DNA of 48,372 nucleotides from the NCBI GenBank assembly GCA_000320545.1, contig ADNK01003221.1, positions 1-48,372 of the forward strand, written 5' to 3'. The notes beneath the pieces were generated by a model. It made no database searches, had not been told where the DNA came from, and was given only the letters and a program-made list of their open reading frames with translations. The DNA comes from Bigelowiella natans CCMP2755 (taxonomy: Eukaryota > Protista > Cercozoa). A program made the translations under genes and the position numbers. Of the stretch, positions 13,427 to 23,629 are shown in pieces; within the stretch, counting starts at the first letter, position 1; every line of letters starts with the position of its first letter.

Positions 13427-14126
13427 ATAATCTCATAGTACGACTGGAAATTGCACAATGCCGTTTAGGATGTAATTCATAACGATCAGAACAAGGAACT
13501 GCAAAGAATGACGTATCATTGCGGCAAAGTCTTCATCCATGCACCTCTTGCACGATTTTGATTTTATTTTTGCCGGAAATAAAAAAATACAATTCATATG
13601 TGTAGCCGAGCCTGAATGGCCTTGATAACCTTATTGGCTCGCGCATTATGCATGTATACATGCACACATGCACTTGAATAGTATGGCATTGCATTTCGTG
13701 CCGCTATATACATGCAACGAGGATCGACTCATATGTGAGACACTAGGAAGTTCGATGGCGGTACATGTAACGCAACCTGCTAGCGTATACGATGTATATA
13801 GTAGTTGGCAAAGTAATGAACAAATAAATATTTTTTAATGGTCATCCTAATGTTGTTATATACAGCAACGACTATTTATGCACAGCTGTGCTACACCATT
13901 ATATTACTGCACATCACATGACTACATCTATCTAGACATACGATGCTGCGCTTGCTACTAGTATCGTACGTAGCTGTGCATCGCATTCACGCATGCGCAT
14001 CCATGCATGTAAGACGACTACACGTGGATCAGGTGGGTAGCATACTGCACGTGCATGATGGATGTTGCATGTCTAGATGTGTGTAGTGTGTGTGCATGCA
14101 TGTCGTGGAATTACGTACGTACCACA

Positions 14127-14203
<77 letters not shown>

Positions 14204-14338
14204 CTACACATAGGATTTACATGCATGCACACATGTGCGTACACACATTCTCATCACACACATTTACACATTTTTAGTATAGACATCTGAACAAATCCTT
14301 TCCTAGCAGAGGACTCGAGTATGTGTTGCTATCAAGCC

Positions 14339-15286
14339 TCAAGCTAAATCACTTTTAAATGTCTCTTTTGGGATCACCCTTGTTACTTCTGGATTAGTAC
14401 CCATGACTCTACTGTATGTGTTACTGAAGTAATTTCTGGATAGTTGCCGAGATGCGCACTGCTCACGAGAACCTTTTGGTTCATAACGCTTACCTTCTTC
14501 CTTTGCTCTTCTCACACGTGATTCCATTAGCTCGGGATGTGTCATTGGCCTCCGATTCGTATGAAACATGTTCTCGGCAGCACTCGTCATTCGCATTTTA
14601 CGGGCCTCTTTGGAGCCATATTTCTAGGAAAATATGATGGAATTACATGTAACAAGAAGATCAAAGAAAGACAGCATTATGAACCAAAGTTTCTCGTGGA
14701 AAGTATTTTTCACATGACAGTATTTAGAAATACCTTTTTAAAATAGTTTCTGGTGGAATTAAAAGCACTGGTATGTATATGGCTCATTTGCTTCTCCGTC
14801 ATCCCCCTGTTTCGATTTGATTCGTCCAAAAATTCCTGTTTCCGTCTATTTTGAAGAGCAATATGCGGTGCTATTCGACTATTATACTGGTCAGAGTATG
14901 GGTTCATAACTTTGCACTCAGGAACTTTGTATCGAAATCGAGTGCTCAAGGGGTTGTTTAGAGCCAGACTCGTGCCTCTGAACTTAAATTTTTCCTTTCG
15001 TGGGAAGCGAGGATTATCCCTATCAATTCTGAAGGTATCCAATATATTATCTTCGTTGCAATATATTAAACTTTAGCATACAATCTTACTTATGATGTGT
15101 TGGGTGTTTCTGAGGAACTTGAAATGGAAACTGTCCAGATCCTGTCCTTTCTGGAGCCCTTCGAGGCCGAGGATTTGTAGTATATTTGCAAACTTGGGGT
15201 GTGAGCTGTGTTCCCTTCGCTCCAATCATTGTTCCATCGATCAGCGCTGCTTTTTTTCTCGGCCTTCCCCTATTTAAATGGCTCAT
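14339..15286 (-). CDS. Three-exon basic protein of unknown function (~250 aa)
   Basis: Three ORF-track segments join in frame through GT-AG introns (HHK|IDRDNPRFP and NYFKK|KYGSKEARKMRMT). Rich in R/K/P/Y/F; no domain recognised. Confidence 0.7.
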
Positions 15287-15885
15287 CGTATATTAAATAC
15301 CGAGCGGATGGAGTTTCCTGTCGTCAAACTCAACCGAGATATAGTTTTGACTGTTCGTTCGTTGTTGTTGAGGTTGGGGCACCGAACGAAACGCCAGAGT
15401 TTCGATCGATGCCCACCTTCTCGGCAATATGAATATCAACATCGGAAACATAAAATTCCTTTTTCTAATGCCATTCCAGATTTCGACATCAAATAGTGGG
15501 CAATTCCATGCTAAGACATCGTACGTAGCAAAATTGTTCTAAGATTATCTCGTACAATCGTATGTTGCGACAACAAATAGTACGTAGATCAAAAGGTAGT
15601 TTTCCTTTGTGCGGGAAGCACTGCACGCTGTAATAAAATGCGAGGTAAAATTAAACGCATTCAAATCCAGAAATGGAGGTCGCAATGTTGAAAAGAAGGC
15701 GGTTCATGGGCATAGAATATGTGTGTGTAAGCCAGGAAGGCGGGAAAGATCATTATTTCAGGAGCCTCCAAAGAAGAAAGAATTCGGACTGCTCGGAGGT
15801 AATGTCTCGTCAAACCACCCTTTACGTGAGCGGAGACGTTGTATCCACTACTTACTTGAAACTTAACCTTTTAGATAGAAACACC

Positions 15886-17291
15886 ATGGGAATCAAAGGA
15901 TTGATGAAGTTTGTATCGGACATGTCCCCAGAGTCAATAAAAAACGGAGAAATGAAGACTTATTTTGGCCGAAAAGTAGCAATTGACGCCTCCATGAGTT
16001 TGTACCAATTTTTGGTGGCAGTGAGAAGCGGACCTGATGCTCAGATGCTTACCAATGAAGCTGGCGAAGTTACATCGCACGTAAGCTTTGAATACCATTT
16101 TAACAGTGTAACGTCGTGTTGAAGCATTGTTGTCAATAAAAAGTCAAAATCTTTACACTTTGGCGCTTGTTGCTTTGTTCCTCAGCTCCAAGGCCTTTTT
16201 CATCGCACAATCCGTATCATGGACAGCGGCCTGAAGCCCGTTTATGTATTTGATGGTAAACCTCCGCAGCTCAAGGCTGGGGAGCTTGCGAATCGAAAGG
16301 AGAGTAAAGAAAAGGCTAAAGCTGAGCTGAAAAAAGCAGAAGAGAGTGGAACTCAAGAAGAAGTAAACAAGTTTAAACGACGGTTGGTGAGGGTGACAAA
16401 GGAACAGAATGAAGATTGCAAGAAACTCCTGCGGCTAATGGGCGTTCCCTTCGTAAATGCCTCAGGGGAGGCAGAAGCTCAGTGGTGATATGCTAACGAA
16501 TAATTGACAGATTTTCCATAAACCGTACTGTGTGAATTTATTGTGTATTCAGTGCTGCCCTGTGTAAAGCTGGCTTGGTTTATGGAACTGCCACGGAGGA
16601 TATGGATGCTCTCACGTTTGGGACTCCCATCTTATTGAGACACCTCACATTTTCAGAAGCTCGTAAATTACCAATCGTAGAAATCAACCTGAAAAAGGCA
16701 TTGGAAGACATGGAATATACTATGGTATGCAATATTCGATAATTCTTGGTTATGGCATAATGGATAATATTTCTAGGACCAATTTATTGATTTTTGCATT
16801 CTCTGCGGTTGTGACTATACGCTGGCAATCCGAGGAATTGGTCCCAAATCGGCATACAAGCTCATCAAGTATGCATCATTAATACATCATTTCACATAAT
16901 TTGCTGAAAAGAATTCTTGAATACCCTCAGGGAACACAAAAACATAGAGACTGTCTTGGAGAACATTAATAGGGAGAAATACAAGATCAACATGGAGGCA
17001 TTTCTCTTCAAAGAAGCACGTGCACTTTTTAAGAATCCAGATGTAGCAGATGTGGGTGCTGATGCAATCAAATGGATCGATCCCGACGAGGAAGGTGTCG
17101 TGAAGTTTCTATGCCATGAAAAAGGATTCGAAGAATCTAGAGTCCGCAAAGCAGTTCAAAGATTGAAGAAAGCAAAGGGAAAGGGCTCACAGAAGAGGCT
17201 TGAAAGCTTTTTTGGTCCTGTTACAGTGACTAAACGCAAGAAGCCGGTGCAAAAAAAAAAGACTACGAAAAAGAAGAAAACTAAAAAATGA
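15886..17291 (+). CDS. FEN1: Flap endonuclease 1, about 5 exons
   Basis: [75 protein letters not shown] box QKRLESFF and a basic tail. Confidence 0.98.
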
Positions 17292-17335
17292 TGCAGGCGT
17301 GACAGGCACAGAAACACAAACTAGACAAAGCGTAG

Positions 17336-17800
17336 GCATTGAAACAAGTCAAAATACTTTCAATTCAGCTTTGACTGACCCAATTGTCTTCGCGTTCTTT
17401 GCATGCACATTGAAGATTTCCATGGCATCACATTTTTAGCGTGGCGGCAGATCGCTACGCACAGGCTTTGCTAGTTTACTTGTTTAGACGATTGAGCCCG
17501 ATCGATGATTGGGCATCTCGTAACTACTAGACCATGTGACTCTGGCAATCCCAGAATGGGCATTGAAATGAGTTAAGACACTTTCAATTCAACTTTGGCT
17601 GATCCATTTGCGTTGGCGAACCTCGCATCGGATGTGCATTGAAGCTTTCCCTGTCTAGCTGTAGCTGTCATCAATCACATTCCTGGCGTGGCACATTTCG
17701 CTGCGCAAACAAAGCTCCAGAGTCTCCAGAGCTAGAAAGGCTTCATTTATACATTGCCAGACGATTGACTGGACTAGTGGAGCCTGATCGATTGTCCGTG
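17336..17800. repeat. Diverged tandem duplication (copy starts ~225 bp apart) left of the LTR element
   Basis: Blocks ggcattgaaa..ctttcaattca.ctttg.ctga.cca, cattgaag.tttcc, atcacatt...gcgtggc, agacgattga and gatcgat recur in the same order from ~17336 and ~17560. Confidence 0.7.
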
Positions 17801-17882
17801 CATCTCGCACTAGCGCTAGCTGTAGCAGCCGAGCAGCGACACCTCCAGCGTTTGTTTTTGCCGCACACGCCATGTCAGCACG

Positions 17883-18208
17883 TGTAGCGCGTACCACTAC
17901 GCGGGCACAAGTCACGTGCGACAACAAAGGGGTTGTCGCGGATATAGAATATAGATAACGTAGATATTAATACAGCATAGGCACGTGGGTTCCGGCGGGA
18001 CTCATGGCAGCACACCGGAAGTGTGCTGCCCCACGTGCGGCGGCATTCGCGAAAGCTTCGCGAATGATTACGCAGTGCACGATTTAATAAAAATATAATC
18101 TTTAATAAAAATAAACACAACTCTTCAAAAGGAAGCAAACGTGCCTTTCCCCCCCCCTGCCTACTTGTGCACGTAGCGCCTCGGCCTGTGAACACCTTAC
18201 GCGCAACA
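17883..18208 (+). repeat. 5' LTR (326 bp)
   Basis: Starts TGTAGCGCGTA and ends TACGCGCAACA (10/11 inverted match). Contains AATAAA motifs. Identical to 23273-23598 by eye. Confidence 0.97.
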
Positions 18209-18213
18209 ACCTT

Positions 18214-18236
18214 TGGCTTCCACACACGGGAAACGA
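18214..18236 (+). promoter_or_regulatory. Primer-binding site complementary to a tRNA 3' end (Glu/Asp-like)
   Basis: TGGCTTCCACACACGGGAAACGA lies 5 nt after the LTR. Its reverse complement TCGTTTCCCGTGTGTGGAAGCCA resembles a T-arm plus acceptor stem plus CCA. Confidence 0.7.
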
Positions 18237-18247
18237 TTTGACTAACA

Positions 18248-21200
18248 ATGTCACAGCAGCTAGAAGAACAGCAGGACTTTGGCTCGCAGGCCGTGCAAGG
18301 GCACGAGCAGAAACAGGAAAGGAAGGGCGATACGGACGCTAAGGAAGGAGGAGGAACACCTCCACAGGCACCGCCGGGACCAGCACCCGGGATTAAGAAA
18401 GCAGATGCAGCAGCAGAGGCACTGGAGAACTTCTACGAGGCGGACGACGAGGACGTGGCCGCCGAAAGCAAGAAGGTCGTAATGGCATTACGAGCCTTGC
18501 GACCCAGGGCGAGCAACTACGCCAAACTGAAAGTATCGATAGAATACAAGTATCAGACACATGATGTTTGGGCAGCTATCATGCAGGACATCATGGATTA
18601 CGAAGCAGACTTACCTCCAGAGTGGGCAGCTTTGTTTAGGAACGACGGGGGTCTGGGCGCCTCGCGGGGGACGACCCAGAGCACCGTCAAGCAGCAGCAG
18701 CCGGTACAGCGGAACACCCAGTTCATGTCTGTTAAAACAGCACCGGTTATGATAACGAAATACAACGGGAAAAGAGGTGAGGCAAGGAGGTGGTGGAAGA
18801 ACGCTAGGAGTATACTCTGCGACTTTACCCCTAACCCCACCGAAAACGACAAGCTCAAATGGCTAGCTATAATAAAGCAAGCCATGGACCTTTACGAGAC
18901 AGGCAGGACCCGGATCAGGCAGCTAGAGAAAATACACACTACAGTTAGTGGGCTACGAGACGTTGAGGCGATAATGAAGGCTTTTGTAAATGAACAGGAT
19001 GCTAACTCCCTACCCCAGGCTATTAGAAAATACAGAGCAATGATGCAGCATGAGAGAGAACCTGTTAGAGACTTTGCCACGCGCTTCCAGGATATGATCG
19101 ACGAACTACATGATTTTAATTACAACACAGGTGATGATCAGGCAAGGTTTGAAGAGTTCAAGTTAAAGATAAAGGAATCCACTTACGTTACGGAGAAAGG
19201 CTACACCACGATGGAGGCAGCAGTGCAGGCTATATCCCTACGCGAGCAGGAGCAGGACCGCAAGTTTACCAGCCCTAAGGTACCTGGCATAGGAAACATT
19301 AACGCTATTAAGCCGCAGCGAGACTGGTACAAGGACAGGGAAGGTAACCGACGTTGCGGATACTGCTCACGTAAAGGGAAACACACCGCTAAAGACTGCA
19401 GAGACAGGAAAGAAGGACGACCCAGGATGACGATCAGGCAGCTCAACGAACACTACGAGAAGTTAAAGAGAAAGAAAGGCAGAGGACAAGGATATAACAA
19501 CAGCAAATGGCAAGGCAGCAACAACGGGAAGAACAATAAATATAAGAACAAAAAGCAGAACAGTATCAATGCTATACAGCAGCAGATAAACGGAAAATTA
19601 GATCACCTTAAGCAGGCGCCGACGAAGACAGCAGTACCAGCAACGCAGGACCAAGACAAGCCCATGACCCTAGACGACATAAAGAACTTAGGAGTATGCA
19701 ACATTAATGACGAAGACGCTAACAGGACTATCAAAGTTGCTATGACCAAGGTTAAAGTTAAAGACAGCTACGGAGACTACAAGAAACTACCTGCCCTTTG
19801 GGATAGTGGCAGCATGCCGAAGTCCTTCATAAGCCTAAGCACAGTAAGAAGGTTAGGACTATTGGATCAAGTGACTAAGAAAGAACGTAAATATGCTCAA
19901 GCAGACGGAAGCTCTTCCATGAAGACCGTCGGTGAGCTAATGCTAAAGCTACAGATACCTGGCAGCGACGCGGAGACCCAAATCAAGACCCGAGTAGCCA
20001 TGACTTTATCCATGGAACTACTCCTCGGACAGGATGCCCTAGAAAAATTAGGGGGGATCATATCATTCTACAATCACAAGATATACTTTGCTAAGTTGCC
20101 AAAGAAGTCAGGCAGGACCATCAGCCAGAACATGATACGGCTTGACGAGTGGACCTCTGAGTCAAGCGTTAATGCGTTAGAGTTTATGGACCTAGCGGAC
20201 AACAAGCTACCTACACCTACCGAGCTACGGAAGAAGAACCCCGGCAAGACCATCCGACAGATAACGGAGCTACTGGACAAGACCCCCCCAGCTGATGATT
20301 GGGATATCGACAAAGGCAAAAAGTACATTAATAAAATATTAAACGAGAAGTACTCTGACATCACCAAGCCGACGACGAAGCCCTCCAGCAAGCTTACCCC
20401 AGTAAAGATCGAGCTAAAGAAGGGATACGAAGAGTGCATCATCAATGACCCAGAACATAGGCGACCGGAAGCGGACTGGGAAAAGATAGAGTGGCAGATC
20501 AATGAATGGGCAAAGGAAGGGAAGATAGAGCCAAGCAACTCACCATGGAACGTGAGACATGTGCTAGCTAAGAAACCTACTTACCCTTTCTTCCGCCTGG
20601 CGCACAACTTCATCCGCCACAACCGAGTAATAAAGAGGATCCAGACACCTACACCAAGGATAGATGACGTTATTGAACACGTCATAGGATACAAATACTA
20701 CTCTTCCCTAGATAAAAATGAATCATACATGCAGACACCCATCCACAAAACCTCCCGCCCCATTACCGCGTTCTCCAGCAGGCACAGGAAGTGGCACTTC
20801 GTCGTATTCCCTTACGGCCTAAGCATATCAGGGGATGCGTTCAGTAGTCAGAACTACAGGGCATACACACATGATGGGATGGCGTCTGTGTTGTGGGTGT
20901 TTGTGTTTGTGTATGTGGATGATGACATAATATGTACCAACACAGTCGTCGCTCAGATCTTCCTCCTGGAAAATATATTTATTAGGTTTGCACACTTCGG
21001 TTTTACTATTAGACTGCAGAAGTGTACATTCCTAGCTACAAGAATCAAGTGGTGTGGATATTACCTGGAGCAAGGCCGCATCACCCCAAACCCCGAGAAA
21101 GTAGCAGCACTACAGCAAGCCCCTAAACCTAAGAATGCAAAGGAGTTAAAGTCATTCTTGCAGACTGCAGCTTGGATACTACGTAGGTTCTCCCCTACCT

Positions 21201-23221
21201 ACGCTAGGACTGCAGCTGCTTTTACTACTGCTTACCGGAAGGAGAACTCTGTAGGCCTCAGCTTCGCTAAGGTGTGGGCCAAGGCTGGCCTTGATGCCCA
21301 CTTCGATAACCTAATAAAGTTATGCAGCAACACCCTATTGAATGCTAAGCTAGACACTACTAGACCAGCTACCCTATGGACAGACTGGTCTAAGCTAGGT
21401 ATGGCTGCTGTACTTACCCAAGACCAGCAGATCATACGGGTGTGGGGCAGGGCCTGCACAGCAGCTGAGGCCAAGTACAGCCCTACAAAAGGAGAGTATA
21501 AAGCCATGACTGAGGCGCAGAGGAAACTAAGATACTACCTGCTGTCGGTGCCCAGCTTCACCTTAATGACTGACCACAAGCCCCTCCTAGGCATCGACCG
21601 CAAGCTCGAAGCGCCTAACGATGAGTATGCAGCTATGAGGGCGGACACGGAAGAGTTTAGGGACAAGAGGACAGTGGTCTACGCACCAGGAGACAAGCAG
21701 CTTGCTGACTATTTCAGCAGGCTGTTCGAAAAGAAAGTCCCTACCCAGGTCACCCCTATGGTTAACGCGATTACCTTCGAGGACGGCGACTTCCTGCCTG
21801 AGCCAGAGGAGCTCCAGCACCTTCAAGAACACCTGGATAAATACAAACACAAGCATGAGGTACTTAGTGATAGGATATATGTATACACTAATAATGTTAG
21901 GCGTACCTACGTGCCACGGCGGACCAGGGGAGCCCTTCTCTTTACCGCCCATGGACCTGCACACGTAGGAGAAAACCATATCACTGCTCTACTCTACCAT
22001 TACTACTGGCCCTACAAGCTAAAAGAGATAAGGACATACCTGCGTGGCTGCAGGTGCTCCAGCTTGAAGGCGGCAGGCGTCGCCACCAAGGAGTCCAGCA
22101 AGAGCCGTGCATCTAAGAAAATCAAAGCAAGGAACTTCTTAGATATCGTGCAAATTGATGTTTATAAGTACGATGGCTATCACTACCTTACCTTCGTTGA
22201 TGTGGCCACTGGAAAGTGCTGGGTTAAAAAGATTATCAAGGTCAACGTTGCTAAGAAGAACAAAGGCTTATATAAGCAGAGGCTTACTAACTGCTACCGT
22301 ACCTGGGAGTCTGAGCTCCAGGCTATCCCTGATGAAGTTAGCATAAACAAGATACCAAAGAAGTTACATGTGGATAATGAGACCTCTCTTCTACAGCTAC
22401 CACACCCTAATATTGATGCCTCACCTGTATACTATGCCCAGTCCAACTCCAAGGTAGAGCGACTCCACCGCACCTTGGCCAACCTAAGCAGGATAAATAG
22501 CACCACACCAGACAAGATACAAGGGTTAGTAAACGACACCTTCACGTCTGGGGGAGGTATCAAGGATAAGGAGAGGGAAGAAGGCGACGACAACGACGAC
22601 GATACCGAGAGCGAAGACGAGAAGGTCCCGTACGATGGCCGAGTTCTAAAGGAAGGACAGTATGTTAGGGCCAAGGTAAATCTGAGATCGAGAAATAAAC
22701 AAGACCCCTTCTGGGGTGGCGTTGCAAAGGTTACCGAGAGGAAGGGGAGGAAGCAGTACTACATCTATGATGGGAACAGGGTCACCTTGCGCCACATCAG
22801 TCACCTAAAGAATTATGATATCGGTGAGAAGCTCCTAGAGGATGTTAAAGTAAACCCTACTGTGTGGGAGCGAGCAATGCCTTGTTTAGGACCCCGACCT
22901 AAGTTCGATGTGGAATATGGAAACAATAAGGTCAGGGTGAACGACGATTGGCGCATGAAGATTGTCTATCTAGGCTACCCTGGATTACGAAATATGGAGA
23001 GGGTAGCTATGAAAATAAAGGACGGAAAATATCAGCTACTCTACCTAGCTGTTCCCGACTTACCCTTTGAGCACTGGTATAAGGTCCTGGGGGACCTTGA
23101 TGCAGAGGGCTGGTATGGACACGAACCTAAGGACGAAGGTGAGTTCTGGGTAAGCGACAAAGGAGATAAGGTTAGAGAGGAATCTATTACCTGGTGGTTG
23201 GTGAAGTTCCGAAAGCGATGA
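18248..23221 (+). CDS. Single-ORF Gag-Pol polyprotein (1657 aa): capsid, zinc knuckle, aspartic protease, RT, RNase H, integrase with GPY/F module, and a C-terminal methyltransferase-like extension
   Basis: Zinc knuckle CGYCSRKGKHTAKDC; protease ALWDSGS; RT LDKNESY and YVDD (20912-20923); RNase H LWTDWS, TDHKPL, ADYFSR; integrase H-x3-H...CRC, QID, HVDNE, SNSKVER; GPY/F-like LKEGQYV...PFWGG...HISHLK. Confidence 0.97.
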   Translation: MSQQLEEQQDFGSQAVQGHEQKQERKGDTDAKEGGGTPPQAPPGPAPGIKKADAAAEALENFYEADDEDVAAESKKVVMALRALRPRASNYAKLKVSIEYKYQTHDVWAAIMQDIMDYEADLPPEWAALFRNDGGLGASRGTTQSTVKQQQPVQRNTQFMSVKTAPVMITKYNGKRGEARRWWKNARSILCDFTPNPTENDKLKWLAIIKQAMDLYETGRTRIRQLEKIHTTVSGLRDVEAIMKAFVNEQDANSLPQAIRKYRAMMQHEREPVRDFATRFQDMIDELHDFNYNTGDDQARFEEFKLKIKESTYVTEKGYTTMEAAVQAISLREQEQDRKFTSPKVPGIGNINAIKPQRDWYKDREGNRRCGYCSRKGKHTAKDCRDRKEGRPRMTIRQLNEHYEKLKRKKGRGQGYNNSKWQGSNNGKNNKYKNKKQNSINAIQQQINGKLDHLKQAPTKTAVPATQDQDKPMTLDDIKNLGVCNINDEDANRTIKVAMTKVKVKDSYGDYKKLPALWDSGSMPKSFISLSTVRRLGLLDQVTKKERKYAQADGSSSMKTVGELMLKLQIPGSDAETQIKTRVAMTLSMELLLGQDALEKLGGIISFYNHKIYFAKLPKKSGRTISQNMIRLDEWTSESSVNALEFMDLADNKLPTPTELRKKNPGKTIRQITELLDKTPPADDWDIDKGKKYINKILNEKYSDITKPTTKPSSKLTPVKIELKKGYEECIINDPEHRRPEADWEKIEWQINEWAKEGKIEPSNSPWNVRHVLAKKPTYPFFRLAHNFIRHNRVIKRIQTPTPRIDDVIEHVIGYKYYSSLDKNESYMQTPIHKTSRPITAFSSRHRKWHFVVFPYGLSISGDAFSSQNYRAYTHDGMASVLWVFVFVYVDDDIICTNTVVAQIFLLENIFIRFAHFGFTIRLQKCTFLATRIKWCGYYLEQGRITPNPEKVAALQQAPKPKNAKELKSFLQTAAWILRRFSPTYARTAAAFTTAYRKENSVGLSFAKVWAKAGLDAHFDNLIKLCSNTLLNAKLDTTRPATLWTDWSKLGMAAVLTQDQQIIRVWGRACTAAEAKYSPTKGEYKAMTEAQRKLRYYLLSVPSFTLMTDHKPLLGIDRKLEAPNDEYAAMRADTEEFRDKRTVVYAPGDKQLADYFSRLFEKKVPTQVTPMVNAITFEDGDFLPEPEELQHLQEHLDKYKHKHEVLSDRIYVYTNNVRRTYVPRRTRGALLFTAHGPAHVGENHITALLYHYYWPYKLKEIRTYLRGCRCSSLKAAGVATKESSKSRASKKIKARNFLDIVQIDVYKYDGYHYLTFVDVATGKCWVKKIIKVNVAKKNKGLYKQRLTNCYRTWESELQAIPDEVSINKIPKKLHVDNETSLLQLPHPNIDASPVYYAQSNSKVERLHRTLANLSRINSTTPDKIQGLVNDTFTSGGGIKDKEREEGDDNDDDTESEDEKVPYDGRVLKEGQYVRAKVNLRSRNKQDPFWGGVAKVTERKGRKQYYIYDGNRVTLRHISHLKNYDIGEKLLEDVKVNPTVWERAMPCLGPRPKFDVEYGNNKVRVNDDWRMKIVYLGYPGLRNMERVAMKIKDGKYQLLYLAVPDLPFEHWYKVLGDLDAEGWYGHEPKDEGEFWVSDKGDKVREESITWWLVKFRKR

Positions 23222-23262
23222 AGGTCTAAGGGAATAAGGAAGGAAGGAAGGAGCAACGTGAC

Positions 23263-23272
23263 TTGGGGGAGG
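23263..23272 (+). promoter_or_regulatory. Polypurine tract
   Basis: TTGGGGGAGG abuts the 3' LTR and is preceded by a purine-rich run (GGAAGGAAGGAAGG). Confidence 0.85.
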
Positions 23273-23598
23273 TGTAGCGCGTACCACTACGCGGGCACAA
23301 GTCACGTGCGACAACAAAGGGGTTGTCGCGGATATAGAATATAGATAACGTAGATATTAATACAGCATAGGCACGTGGGTTCCGGCGGGACTCATGGCAG
23401 CACACCGGAAGTGTGCTGCCCCACGTGCGGCGGCATTCGCGAAAGCTTCGCGAATGATTACGCAGTGCACGATTTAATAAAAATATAATCTTTAATAAAA
23501 ATAAACACAACTCTTCAAAAGGAAGCAAACGTGCCTTTCCCCCCCCCTGCCTACTTGTGCACGTAGCGCCTCGGCCTGTGAACACCTTACGCGCAACA
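23273..23598 (+). repeat. 3' LTR (326 bp)
   Basis: Matches the 5' LTR base for base and is followed by CACG. Confidence 0.97.
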
Positions 23599-23629
23599 CA
23601 CGGGCGGGTTTTTCATCGAACCGCCTTTG

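Larger units (their letters stand above)
17883..23598 (+). mobile_element. Full-length Ty3/Gypsy (Metaviridae-type) LTR retrotransposon, recently inserted
   Basis: Two identical 326-bp TG...CA LTRs, CACG target-site duplication (17879-17882 and 23599-23602), PBS, PPT and domain order Gag-PR-RT-RH-IN. Confidence 0.98.

Noticed and set aside
17981-18038. Hammerhead ribozyme on the LTR minus strand (ctgccatgagtcc..ggaac)
   Set aside because: It lacks an intact CUGANGA and GAAA core; kept only as a structured-RNA observation.
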